From: Nitrosomonas europaea
Lineage (GTDB): Bacteria; Pseudomonadota; Gammaproteobacteria; Burkholderiales; Nitrosomonadaceae
Direction of reading: 5' to 3'
Length of the DNA stretch: 32,000 bases
NCBI RefSeq assembly: GCF_900167395.1
Contig: NZ_FUWK01000017.1
Location: 1-32,000 of the forward strand
This document shows positions 8,586 to 17,905 of the stretch, piece by piece (positions within the stretch are counted from its first letter, which is position 1; each line of letters opens with the position of its first letter). The notes below the pieces were generated by a model. It saw only the letters and a program-made list of their open reading frames with translations, made no database searches and was not told the origin of the DNA. The translations under genes were made by a program, and so were the position numbers.

Positions 8586-11500
8586 ATGACAATGCATGAA
8601 CGTGCTGATTTGCTGAAACGGTTGCTTGCCGAGCGTATCCTGATGCTCGACGGTGCCATGGGTACGATGATCCAGAGCTACAAACTGACCGAGTCGGATT
8701 ATCGGGGGGAACGTTTTGCCGATTTTCCGCATGATCTCAAAGGCAACAATGATCTGCTCTGCCTGACCAGACCGGAAGTCATCCGCTCCATTCATCGTGC
8801 TTACCTCGAAGCCGGGTCGGATATCATCGAGACCAACACGTTCAACTCGAATGCGCCGTCGATGGCGGACTACCACATGCAGGATCTGGTGTATGAACTG
8901 AATGTGGCGGGTGCGCGCCTGGCGTGTGAGGAAGCGCGGGCAATGGAAACGCAGCAACCTGACCGGCCCCGTTTCGTTGCCGGTGTGATCGGGCCTACCA
9001 CCAAAACGGCTTCACTCTCACCGGATGTCAATGATCCTGGATTCCGGGCCATTACCTTCGATGATCTGGTGGAAAGCTATACCGAGTCGGTGCGCGGGCT
9101 GATCGACGGAGGCGCGGATATTCTGCTGGTCGAAACCATTTTTGACACCTTGAATGCCAAAGCCGCATTGTTTGCCATCGATCAGTATTTCGAAACGCAT
9201 GGATTACGTCTGCCGGTGATGATATCGGTCACGATTACCGATGCTTCGGGACGTAATCTTTCCGGGCAGACACCGGAAGCTTTCTGGAATTCGGTACGGC
9301 ATGCACGTCCGCTTTCGGTGGGAATCAACTGCGCGTTGGGTGCGGAGTTGATGCGCCCCTACGTGGAAGAGTTGTCCAATGTGGCTGAGGTTTTCACCAG
9401 CGCCCATCCCAATGCCGGCTTGCCTAATCCCTTGGCGGAAACCGGTTATGACGAAACGCCGGAATATACCGCCCGTCTGATCAAGGATTTTGCGCAATCC
9501 GGGTTCGTCAACATTGTCGGCGGCTGCTGTGGCACTACACCGAAACATATCGCGGCCATTGCAGAAGCGGTACGGGACATCCCTCCGCGCCCACTGCCCG
9601 ATATTCCTAAAAAACTGAGGCTTTCCGGCCTCGAGCCGCTCAATATCGATGAACATTCCCTGTTCGTAAACGTGGGTGAACGTACCAATGTCACCGGCTC
9701 CAAGGCATTTGCCCGGCTGATTCTCAATGGCGGTTATGCTGAAGGGCTGGTGATCGCGCGCAGCCAGGTGGAGAACGGCGCACAAATCATCGATATCAAC
9801 ATGGATGAAGCGATGCTGGATTCACAGAAGGCGATGGTGACCTTTCTGAATCTGCTCGCTGCCGAACCGGATATCAGCCGGCTGCCGATCATGCTCGATT
9901 CCAGCAAATGGTCGGTGATCGAAGCCGGACTGAAATGTGTCCAGGGTAAGGCGGTCATCAATTCCATCAGCCTCAAGGAAGGTGAAGCGGAGTTTTTACA
10001 TCATGCCAGGCTGGCGCGTCGTTATGGGGCCGCGGTGATTGTCATGGCTTTCGACGAAACCGGGCAGGCCGATACCTTGCAGCGCAAGGTGGAAATCTGC
10101 ACGCGTTGTTACCATACACTGATTGAACAGGCCGATTTCCCACCCGAGGATATCATTTTCGACCCCAATATTTTTGCCATTGCTACGGGTATCGAAGAAC
10201 ACAGTAACTATGCAGTGGATTTTATCGAGGCGACACACGTCATCCGGCAAACGCTGCCTTATGCCAAAGTCAGCGGGGGTGTTTCCAATGTTTCCTTCTC
10301 GTTCCGGGGTAACGAACCGATCCGCGAAGCCATTCATACCGCATTCCTGTATCACGCGGTCAAGGCAGGCATGACCATGGGTATCGTCAACGCAGGTCAG
10401 CTTGGGGTTTATTCCGACATTCCGCCCGATCTGCTGGAACATGTCGAGGATGTACTGCTGAACCGGCGGCCTGATGCAACCGAACGTCTGGTGGAGTTTG
10501 CGGAACATTTCAAGGGACAGAAAAAGGAGCAGATCGAAGATCTGTCCTGGCGTGATGAACCGGTGCGGCAGCGCCTGATTCATGCACTGGTCAGGGGTAT
10601 CAGCACCTACATCGTCGAGGATACCGAGCTCGTCCGGCAGGAGATCGACAGCCAGGGAGGCAAGCCGATCGAGGTGATCGAAGGCCCGCTCATGGACGGC
10701 ATGAATGTAGTGGGGGATCTGTTTGGCGCAGGCAAGATGTTTCTGCCACAGGTGGTCAAGTCGGCACGGGTGATGAAGCAGGCGGTTGCCTATCTGTTGC
10801 CGTACATCGAGGCAGAGAAAAAAATTTCCGGCGACAGCAAGCCCAAGGGCAAGGTGGTGATCGCTACCGTCAAAGGGGATGTGCATGATATTGGCAAGAA
10901 TATCGTTTCCGTCGTGTTGCAGTGTAATAACTTTGAAGTCATCAACATGGGGGTGATGGTCCCCAGTGCACAGATTCTGGAAACAGCACGCCGTGAACAG
11001 GTCGATATGATCGGTCTGTCCGGCCTGATCACCCCTTCGCTGGAAGAAATGGCGCATGTTGCCCGGGAAATGGAGCGTGAACAATTCACCGTTCCGCTGC
11101 TGATCGGTGGCGCCACCACTTCGCGGATGCATACGGCAGTCAAAATCGCACCCCATTACGGTGGGGTGACCGTATGGGTGCCGGATGCCAGCCGGGCAGT
11201 CGGGGTGTGCAGCAATCTGATGTCACAGGATCTGCGTGATGACTATGTCCGGCAGGTCAAGGCCGAGCAGGAGAAGAGCCGGGTGCAGCACCGCAACAAG
11301 AAAGGGCCATCCAAGCTCCTCACTTTCGAGGAAGCCCGGGCCAACGCACTCAAGACGGATTGGGCTCGTTATACTCCACCAGCTCCGGATTTCCTGGGGT
11401 TGCGCACCCTCAACAACTATCCGCTGGAAACACTGGTGCCGCACATCGACTGGACACCTTTCTTCCAGGCATGGGAACTGCACGGGCGCTATCCTGCCAT

Positions 11501-12299
11501 CCTGCAGGATGAACTCGTCGGGGAAGCAGCCAGCAATCTGTTTCGCGATGCCCAGAATATGCTCAGAAAAATCGTCGAGCAAAAATGGCTCACCGCCAAC
11601 GCCGTTATCGGCCTGTTCCCGGCCAATACCGTCAATGGAGATGATATCGAGATTTATGCTGACCGTAGTCGCAGTCAGGTGATCATGACCTGGCACACCT
11701 TGCGGCAGCAGACGGCCAAACCGGCAGGGCGTCCCAATCTGGCACTGGCTGATTTCATTGCGCCGCGTGAAACCGGACTGGACGATACCATCGGTTTGTT
11801 TGCCGTCAGCGCCGGTTTCGGTATCGATGAACGCATACGCGCTTTTGAAGCTGCAAACGATGATTACAGTGCCATCATCCTGAAAGCACTGGCTGATCGT
11901 CTGGCTGAAGCGTTTGCAGAACACATGCATGCACGGGTGCGGCGAGAATTCTGGGGCTATGTGAAAGATGAGAGTCTGGACAATGAACAGTTGATCGACG
12001 AGCAATACCTGGGAATCCGTCCAGCACCAGGTTATCCTGCCTGCCCTGATCATACCGAAAAGGGGCCATTGTTCGCTCTGCTGGAAGCGGAAAAACGCAG
12101 CGGAATCGTCATAACGGAATCATTTGCCATGGTGCCGACTGCAGCAGTATCCGGCTTCTATCTCTCTTACCCTGAATCCAGCTATTTTGCTGTTGGAAAA
12201 ATCGGAAAAGATCAGGTCGAGGATTATGCAAGACGCAAAGGGTGGACGCTGGAAGAAGCAGAAAGGTGGCTTGCGCCTGTCTTGGCGTATGAGCGTTAA
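8586..12299 (+). CDS. metH: Cobalamin-dependent methionine synthase
   Basis: 1237 aa. It has an Hcy-binding N-terminal domain, a pterin-binding domain and a C-terminal AdoMet activation domain. The B12-binding motif is [11 protein letters not shown] (DxHxxG), followed by SGL. Confidence 0.95.
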   Translation: MTMHERADLLKRLLAERILMLDGAMGTMIQSYKLTESDYRGERFADFPHDLKGNNDLLCLTRPEVIRSIHRAYLEAGSDIIETNTFNSNAPSMADYHMQDLVYELNVAGARLACEEARAMETQQPDRPRFVAGVIGPTTKTASLSPDVNDPGFRAITFDDLVESYTESVRGLIDGGADILLVETIFDTLNAKAALFAIDQYFETHGLRLPVMISVTITDASGRNLSGQTPEAFWNSVRHARPLSVGINCALGAELMRPYVEELSNVAEVFTSAHPNAGLPNPLAETGYDETPEYTARLIKDFAQSGFVNIVGGCCGTTPKHIAAIAEAVRDIPPRPLPDIPKKLRLSGLEPLNIDEHSLFVNVGERTNVTGSKAFARLILNGGYAEGLVIARSQVENGAQIIDINMDEAMLDSQKAMVTFLNLLAAEPDISRLPIMLDSSKWSVIEAGLKCVQGKAVINSISLKEGEAEFLHHARLARRYGAAVIVMAFDETGQADTLQRKVEICTRCYHTLIEQADFPPEDIIFDPNIFAIATGIEEHSNYAVDFIEATHVIRQTLPYAKVSGGVSNVSFSFRGNEPIREAIHTAFLYHAVKAGMTMGIVNAGQLGVYSDIPPDLLEHVEDVLLNRRPDATERLVEFAEHFKGQKKEQIEDLSWRDEPVRQRLIHALVRGISTYIVEDTELVRQEIDSQGGKPIEVIEGPLMDGMNVVGDLFGAGKMFLPQVVKSARVMKQAVAYLLPYIEAEKKISGDSKPKGKVVIATVKGDVHDIGKNIVSVVLQCNNFEVINMGVMVPSAQILETARREQVDMIGLSGLITPSLEEMAHVAREMEREQFTVPLLIGGATTSRMHTAVKIAPHYGGVTVWVPDASRAVGVCSNLMSQDLRDDYVRQVKAEQEKSRVQHRNKKGPSKLLTFEEARANALKTDWARYTPPAPDFLGLRTLNNYPLETLVPHIDWTPFFQAWELHGRYPAILQDELVGEAASNLFRDAQNMLRKIVEQKWLTANAVIGLFPANTVNGDDIEIYADRSRSQVIMTWHTLRQQTAKPAGRPNLALADFIAPRETGLDDTIGLFAVSAGFGIDERIRAFEAANDDYSAIILKALADRLAEAFAEHMHARVRREFWGYVKDESLDNEQLIDEQYLGIRPAPGYPACPDHTEKGPLFALLEAEKRSGIVITESFAMVPTAAVSGFYLSYPESSYFAVGKIGKDQVEDYARRKGWTLEEAERWLAPVLAYER

Positions 12300-12443
12300 A
12301 GAACCTCTGAAAAACGTCGACGAGGCAGTCAGTTCAAGGCAAAAATCGGTGAGAAAGCGGAGTTTATACGTAATAAATGAGCATTTTAAGCCGATTTTTA
12401 ACGTAGAAATGGCAACACAGGTAGTTTCTCAGAGGTTCCTTAA
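12296..12443. mobile_element. MITE-like inverted-repeat element, copy A (subfamily 1), with TTAA direct repeats
   Basis: The left end is AGAACCTCTGAAAAAC (from 12300). The right end is GTTTCTCAGAGGTTCC (to 12439), its reverse complement with 2 mismatches. Internal arms are also partly self-complementary (AAAAATCGG / CCGATTTTT). TTAA flanks both sides (12296-12299 and 12440-12443). There is no ORF inside. The metH stop TAA lies in the left TTAA. Confidence 0.75.
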
Positions 12444-12522
12444 CCGCTTCAGGGCCGGAGATCAGGTGTATCCCTCAGACAGGCAATGAATGGTGATGTT
12501 TTCACTGGCTGCCGGCATATTA

Positions 12523-12936
12523 TCATTCTCCGTGACGTGACCAGAACTCGGCAGGCGTGACGATGGGGTAGTCGCGCGCCAGTGCCAGCAGGTCCTTGTC
12601 GCCAGTCACCAGATAATCGGTTTGAGCAGTTATCAATGTCAGCAGTACAGGCTGATCGCCAGAATCGCGCAGATTTGAGTCCTGTGACCCTTGCGGCTCG
12701 ACGACGTCGGCCAGAAACATGAAGCTGTTTGCTAAATCGCGGATTTCTGCCGGGGTCATCTGAATCCTGCTCAAGCGCGGCAATACTCTGATCATTTCAT
12801 CCAGGATGTAATGCGACAGAACTACATTCAATGCGCTTTGCCGCCAGGCGTTGATGATGTGTCCCGGGATACTGGCGGGATACGCCAGCCCCAACACCAG
12901 TACACTGGTGTCGAGCACGACGCTCAGACCCGGCAT
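12523..12936 (-). CDS. PIN-domain ribonuclease toxin (type II TA toxin)
   Basis: 137 aa. The acidic PIN residues sit in the usual contexts: VVLDTSVLV near the N-terminus, ILDEM, and VTGDKDLL near the C-terminus. Its start overlaps the stop of a small upstream antitoxin-like ORF (TGATG). Confidence 0.8.
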   Translation of the reverse strand: MPGLSVVLDTSVLVLGLAYPASIPGHIINAWRQSALNVVLSHYILDEMIRVLPRLSRIQMTPAEIRDLANSFMFLADVVEPQGSQDSNLRDSGDQPVLLTLITAQTDYLVTGDKDLLALARDYPIVTPAEFWSRHGE

Positions 12937-13086
12937 CAGCGGTGCTGCTCGCGCATGCGCCGGATGCGGGCAAACATTTCAGCATCGACGAGGGCTGCGA
13001 CTGGCTTGCCGTTCTTGCTGATGACGGCTGTCATTGCAGTACTATACTTGGTTGAGAATTTTGCCCAGGTTCTGCCGGAAATTCAT
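12936..13086 (-). pseudogene. Phd/YefM-like antitoxin, apparently frameshifted
   Basis: My translation finds two pieces. ATG 13086 gives MNFRQNLGKILNQV*. In the next frame, ATG 13034 gives MTAVISKNGKPVAALVDAEMFARIRRMREQHR*, whose stop overlaps the PIN start. Joined, they read like one small antitoxin (FRQNLGKILNQV..YSTAMTAVISKNGKPVAALV), so a 1-nt indel near 13040-13050 is implied. Confidence 0.6.
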
Positions 13087-13100
13087 AGTACTGACTATAT

Positions 13101-13134
13101 AGCGTAGTCACAATTGAATCCTGTGAGCTACGCT
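13101..13134. other. Strong hairpin/palindrome between the receptor stop and the antitoxin start
   Basis: AGCGTAGTCACA - 9 nt loop - TGTGAGCTACGCT: a 12-bp stem with one bulged G. It could be the terminator of the receptor gene or the operator of the TA promoter. No T-run follows on the minus strand. Confidence 0.4.
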
Positions 13135-13156
13135 TATGAGTTGAATTTGCGAAATG

Positions 13157-15596
13157 TTAGAAATTCATACTGGCGGAAAACGCGACAGTTCTTGGTACCC
13201 CTAGATATGTAGCATCTTGCCAGTAGTTTTTACCAGTCAGATTGATGACATTCAGGCGTATGATCAGTGACTTATCCAGTACACGAGTTGCATATCGTGC
13301 CCCGATATCGTACAGAGTATAACTTGGGATCTTGTCAGTATTGGCCGCATTGGCATATTTTTCACCGGTGTAGTAAATACCACCGGTTAGGCTCAACCCT
13401 GGAATCCACGGTAGCGCATATTCTGCATAAATCTTCCCCATGCGAGAGGCAGCATTAGTTGGTTTTTTGCCTTCCAGAGCAGGATTATTAGCTTTTTCTA
13501 CGCTGATATCCATCAGGGTACCACCCCCCATGACAGTCAGGTTGTCGGTTACTTTCCCGGTCAAGACCAGTTCTACCCCGTTATGTACCTGCAAACCATC
13601 CTGAACATAAGTAGGCAATGGTGTTGCAAGATTTGAATACTGATTGGTTTTTTCAATGCGAAACAGTGCAGTGCTCAGCAACAGATTAGGATTAATATCG
13701 TATTTCGCACCCACTTCATATTGTTTGCTGACCAGTGGAGATAGAACCTCTCCGCGGTTAGCATAAATATTACCCACTATCGTTCCTCTTTCAAGTGCCT
13801 CCATATAGGACACATAGGTAGTTACCTCTCCAATCGGTTTATACAACAGTGAAACGGAGGGGGTCAGTGCAGATTTTTCATAGTTACTGTCACCATAGCT
13901 ACCAGCCGCTTTATTTGCCGTAGTAGCATAGTTGAGTCCGACCATCGCAGACCATTTATCATTGAAGGTAATATCATCTCCAATCAAGACATTATTATAT
14001 CGTTCAACCCAGGCAGTTGACATTGCCCTGCTCCCGAAAGATGCTCCCCAATCCGGCTCAGCTATATTTTTAAGTTCGCTCAGCGGCAAGTTTGTGCCAG
14101 ATCGAGCGACATTACCCCGCTCAAAATATTCAAAAAAAGTAGATGAATAACCTAAGGTCAGCTTGTGATCAATCGTAAGAGTTGAAAATCGAGTATCCAG
14201 GTAGATATATCCTCCATAATTTTCATACTTTTCCCAAGGGAAGTTTGTCGTTCTGGGAATGAAAGTCTTATCTACCTGTTGACTGAAAGATATTAAATGA
14301 TTTCTTATCCTTGTATCCTGATAAAAAAAAAACGCTTCTGAGAGTGAAATGCTTACTGGGATCCCAGCGCAGGCTGGTGTAGGCTTTATGACTTTCTACG
14401 TCATTGGATGACCATTTTGGGGTATAGCGTTTACTGGTATCAATAGAGGTTCTTTCCCTCATAAAAAAAAAGGGTTGTGTCGCTTCTTTGCTGTAGTCGT
14501 TATAGGTATATTTGATATCAGCATAGAGGGTATCAGTGAGATGTCCATCCAGCACAATATTGGCCACTTTCTGGTTGACTGATTCATCGATGGCGGTATC
14601 TCCCCCTTGGTAGAGCAGATTGGCTCGGTAACCGAAGCGGCCTCGTTCATCGAATTTCCCGCCGATATCGGCATGGCCGTAAAACTGCGTCCCACCGTAG
14701 TTACCGAATGTCAGTCTTCTGAGCGGAACATCAGTAGAGTTTTTAGTCACATAATTTATCGCTCCACCCACTCTGCTACCGCCGTAGAGAAAGCCTGAGG
14801 TTCCGCTAAGAATTTCAACCCGATCAATCTCGATCACTGATACAGCAGAACCATTTGCAAAAGCAAGAGGCACGCCATCATAAATCGGGTTAGATACTTG
14901 AAATCCCCGTATGGTGGGATGGGGAACACCAGTGAAATTTGCGATGAATGGTTCCTGGGTTAGAGGGTTCATTTTAAAGATCTGGCCCATGTTCTGGGCA
15001 TTGACGTTTTCGATCAAATCAGAAGGGACAACACTCATCGAATAAGGGGTATCACGCAAACTGCGTTCACCCCACAGACCAATTCCGCTGATATTACTGA
15101 CCCGATAACCTTCTTCCGCTGTGCCTTGTTTCAGGGAAGCTGTACTGACTGTCATGAGGGGCAGTGTCGTGACTTCGTTTTCGGCCAGTTGCAGCGCGTA
15201 TCGTCCTTCAGCATTGCGCGCCGCTTTCAGGCCGGTGCCTGCCAGCAGAACGCCGAGCGCTGCGCCAGGCGTGAAGCGGCCTTGCACGCCGGGGCTGTTC
15301 CTGCCCTGGGCGAGTTCCGTGCTGCCGGAGAGCAGCAGGCCCGATTCGGACAGAAAGCGTATCAGTACCGTGTTCAGCGGCCCGGCAGGGATGTTGTAGC
15401 TGCGCAGGTTCGTGGTACCCGCCTGGTTCTTCGATGCGGGTGCCGCCTGCTGTGCGTGTGCATGACTGGCCCAGCCGACACTGGCAGCGGCAATGCCGCC
15501 AGCCACCAGCAGATGCGCCGCCAGTGCTAAGGGGCGTGGAGTGAAGTGCTGCAGAGGCGTAGCGGTGGAACGATGATGCGTTGGGTGACGTGACAT
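13157..15596 (-). pseudogene. FecA-type TonB-dependent transducer (siderophore receptor with N-terminal signalling domain), frameshifted at a T10 run
   Basis: The N-terminal ORF (start MSRHPTHH at 15596) has a signal peptide. It also has an STN signalling domain (NLRSYNIPAGPLNTVLIRFLSESGLLLSG...RYALQ), a TonB-box-like TTLPLMTV, a plug and the start of the barrel. The C-terminal ORF ends in the OMP terminus RTVAFSASMNF. The two frames differ by one nucleotide and switch at 14323-14332. Confidence 0.85.
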
Positions 15597-15812
15597 GTTG
15601 ATCCTTTTCCTCGTTTTGATTGAATCCATCGGCGGATCGAGACTTGTCACCCTCCACGTCTTGCGACATGCCTGGACGTGGAATTGGCTGGTGCGGCAAG
15701 TGGCCTTGTCCATGCAGAGAGCGCCGGTGCGGACAAAAAGGGCTTGCGAGTTGGCTATATGCGCCGCTTGCTTCCGGGAGCAGCGGCGGCCATGGCGACT
15801 TGTCCATCCTCA

Positions 15813-15990
15813 TTAAGGAACCTCTGATCAAGTTCTCCATGAGCCGCAACCCTTTGGGGCACTGGTTTTGCAGACGAACTGCAGCGTTGAGCTCGTTGTG
15901 AAGGGGCCACCATTCACTGCCTCACTCGCCTTGCATTTCATCCGCAAAACACAGTGTGCGGCTATGTGGAACTTAATCAGAGGTTCCATA
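15813..15990. mobile_element. MITE-like inverted-repeat element, copy B (subfamily 2)
   Basis: The left end is GGAACCTCTGATCAAGTTCTCCATGAGCCGCA (from 15817). The right end reverse-complements to GGAACCTCTGATTAAGTTCCACATAGCCGCA (to 15987), giving terminal inverted repeats of about 31 nt. TTAA lies on the left flank. The element is about 171 bp with no credible ORF and sits between fecR and the receptor gene. Confidence 0.75.
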
Positions 15991-16068
15991 TGTAAACCGG
16001 ATGAGCGGGGAAAAAGTGGAAATGGTTTTGGCGGATTTCGCAAAAAATTTTTGCGGCTGCCGGGGACC

Positions 16069-17091
16069 CTATTGTGCGCGTGCCTCGATGCTTGTCCACC
16101 AGGGCAGCGGGCGGCGGATGTGGATGGGCAGTGCCTGTTGGAGCATGGCTAGCGCGCCGTCGATGTCGTCGAGTGGGTAGCTGCCGAGAACGGGCAATTG
16201 TGCTACGTCGGGCGCCACCGCTATGTGGCCGTGGCGGTAGCGGGATAGTTCGGCGATGACTTCGCCCAGCGGGATGTCCTGTGCGAGGAGGATGCCGCGA
16301 GACCAGGCTTCACGCGCCGGATCGGCTGGTGTGGGTGCTTCCAGGTGTTCGGCAGTGAAGCGCGTCTGCCGGCCGGCAGTGACTGTGGTGCTTGGTGCGC
16401 CAGCAGCCAGGGTGACTTCAACCGCGCCCTTGTAAACGGTCAGTTGCGTGCCGCCCTGTGCGTCCAGGCGCACGTTGAAGCGCGTGCCTAAGGCGCGCAT
16501 ACGGCCGTGAGCCGTATGGACGACAAAGGGGCGGCCACCCGTGTCGTGCTGGTTATCGGCAGTGGTCTGGATGAGGATTTCACCGGTGTACAGGCGCAGT
16601 CGGCGCAGGCGAGCGTCGTATTCCTGATTGAAAGCGCTGGCACTGCCGAGCCACACTTGAGTGCCGTCCGCCAGGCGGACTTCGCGCCGCTCGCCGGTGG
16701 CAGTGCGATAGTCTGCGCCCCAGGCCATAAGGGTGTCTATCGTGCCAGGCCGTTGTCAGACAGCCCAGCTGAGCATGCCGCCCGCACCGGCCATGACGGC
16801 CACGCCTAGTACGATTCGGCGCCGGGCGAGCCGGCGATTGGCTACCTGCAGTGCGTCCGCGGCCAAGCGCGGGGAGGTATCGGTCTGCAGGGGCTGGAAG
16901 TGCTGGCTGACTCGATCGACGAACGCCCAGGCGGCGCGATTATCCTCGGTGCGGGCCAGCCAGTCTTGCCAGCGCGCGCGGTCGGTATCGGTGGCCGTTC
17001 CGGATTGCAGCAGCGAAAACCACGCGGCGGCCTGCTCCATGGCTTCATGCGAGGGCATGGTCGGGCTCTGGCCTGTGGGTGAAATGTTCAT
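16069..17091 (-). pseudogene. fecR: FecR-type transmembrane sigma regulator (anti-sigma), interrupted by one in-frame TGA
   Basis: ATG 17091 overlaps the fecI stop (ATGA). The N-terminal part (MNISPTGQ...AAAWFSLLQSG...RARWQDWL) plus TM (IVLGVAVMAGAGGMLSWAV) ends at TGA 16756-16758. The same frame continues QRPGTIDTLMAWGADYRTATGERREVRLADGTQVWLGSASAF, the FecR periplasmic domain, down to 16069. Confidence 0.85.
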
Positions 17092-17648
17092 GGAGCAATG
17101 GCGCCGGCCTGGCCCAGATTGCGTGCTTCGAGCTGCATACAATGGAGCATGGCTCGGGTGATGTAGTGTCCGACCATGCGCGAGGACACGCCCAGCTCAC
17201 GCGCGACTTCCTGGTGCGTCATGCCGCAGGCCATCGCCAGGACGAAAGCCCGAGCGGCTTTGAGCGGCAGATGGCGCAGCATGCCATCGATTTCGTGCAG
17301 CGCCTGCAGTACCGCTGTCTGTTCCTCGGCCGAGGGCGCGTACGCCTCGGGTTGTGTAGCCAGGGTCTCCAGCCAGGCACGTTCGATCTCGCGGTGGCGC
17401 CACAGGTCGATGCACAGGCCGTTGGCGATGGTTCGCAGGTAGGCGCGGGCTTCCTGGCTGCTGTCGAAGCACCGGGGGCGGGCAATCAGGCGCACGAAGG
17501 TATCGTGCGCCAGGTCGGCCGCATCGCCCAGGCGAAAGCGCAACCAGCCGTACAGCCAGTTATGATGATCGCTGTAGAGAAAGTGAACCTGCTGCATTGC
17601 AGGGTTGGCGGCTGGTGCGACATCCTCCTGGTGATCACGCGAGTGCAT
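17088..17648 (-). CDS. fecI: ECF sigma factor, FecI type
   Basis: 186 aa. Sigma-70 region 2 is DLAHDTFVRLI...YLRTIANGLCIDLWR. The region 4 HTH is GMTHQEVARELGVSSRMVGHYITRA. It is translationally coupled to fecR. Confidence 0.9.
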   Translation of the reverse strand: MHSRDHQEDVAPAANPAMQQVHFLYSDHHNWLYGWLRFRLGDAADLAHDTFVRLIARPRCFDSSQEARAYLRTIANGLCIDLWRHREIERAWLETLATQPEAYAPSAEEQTAVLQALHEIDGMLRHLPLKAARAFVLAMACGMTHQEVARELGVSSRMVGHYITRAMLHCMQLEARNLGQAGAIAP

Positions 17649-17663
17649 ATGTTAATTCAATAA

Positions 17664-17682
17664 GTTAATGAGAACCATTCAC
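17664..17682. promoter_or_regulatory. Candidate Fur box upstream of fecI
   Basis: GTTAATGAGAACCATTCAC matches the 19-nt Fur consensus GATAATGATAATCATTATC at 14 of 19 positions. It lies 16-34 nt upstream of the fecI ATG, where Fur control of fecIR-type operons is expected. Confidence 0.5.
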
Positions 17683-17905
17683 ATTTTATAAGATGTAGTA
17701 CGGACTGTGCAACCGGGTTTCGATGAGATAATGGCAGCTTGATTTCTTTCTTGTGGCAAATAGTCTGTATAGCATCAGGGTTTTTTCAGAAATAGCTTAC
17801 AATCTTCCCCGGAGCCAGTGAAATTTTGCGATTATTATCGGCGGTGGGTTGGTGGCCGATTTTTTGTGCATTTATTTTTACGTTATTTACCGGGGGGGAT
17901 AAAAA

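Noticed and set aside
9996-11156. 386-aa minus-strand ORF, plus several smaller ones between 8568 and 12069
   Set aside because: They are antisense or out of frame to metH, whose identity is unambiguous. These are shadow ORFs.
15597-15812. Search for a FecI-type ECF promoter (GGAAT-like -35, CGTC-like -10) upstream of the receptor gene
   Set aside because: Only poorly spaced partial matches exist (GGAAG-N20-CTCG), so I cannot support a promoter call. A 7-bp inverted repeat, CCACGTC...GACGTGG, at about 15653-15687 was noted but is of unclear meaning.
15208-15849. 213-aa minus-strand ORF overlapping the receptor N-terminus
   Set aside because: It is out of frame with the receptor signalling domain in a 65-73% GC stretch where stop codons are rare. 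Its first residues (MRLMENLIRGSL) are simply the MITE terminal repeat.
17754-17768. TGGCA-N7-TGT upstream of gdhA, resembling a sigma-54 -24/-12 element
   Set aside because: The -12 element lacks the conserved GC, no enhancer-binding context is visible, and gdhA is not classically sigma-54 dependent.
17892-17898. G7 run forming the gdhA ribosome-binding region, and other G7 runs inside slt (about 19498-19504) and gspF (26216-26222)
   Set aside because: These runs are short compared with known contingency tracts and are in frame where coding. Nothing is disrupted, so there is no evidence of phase variation.
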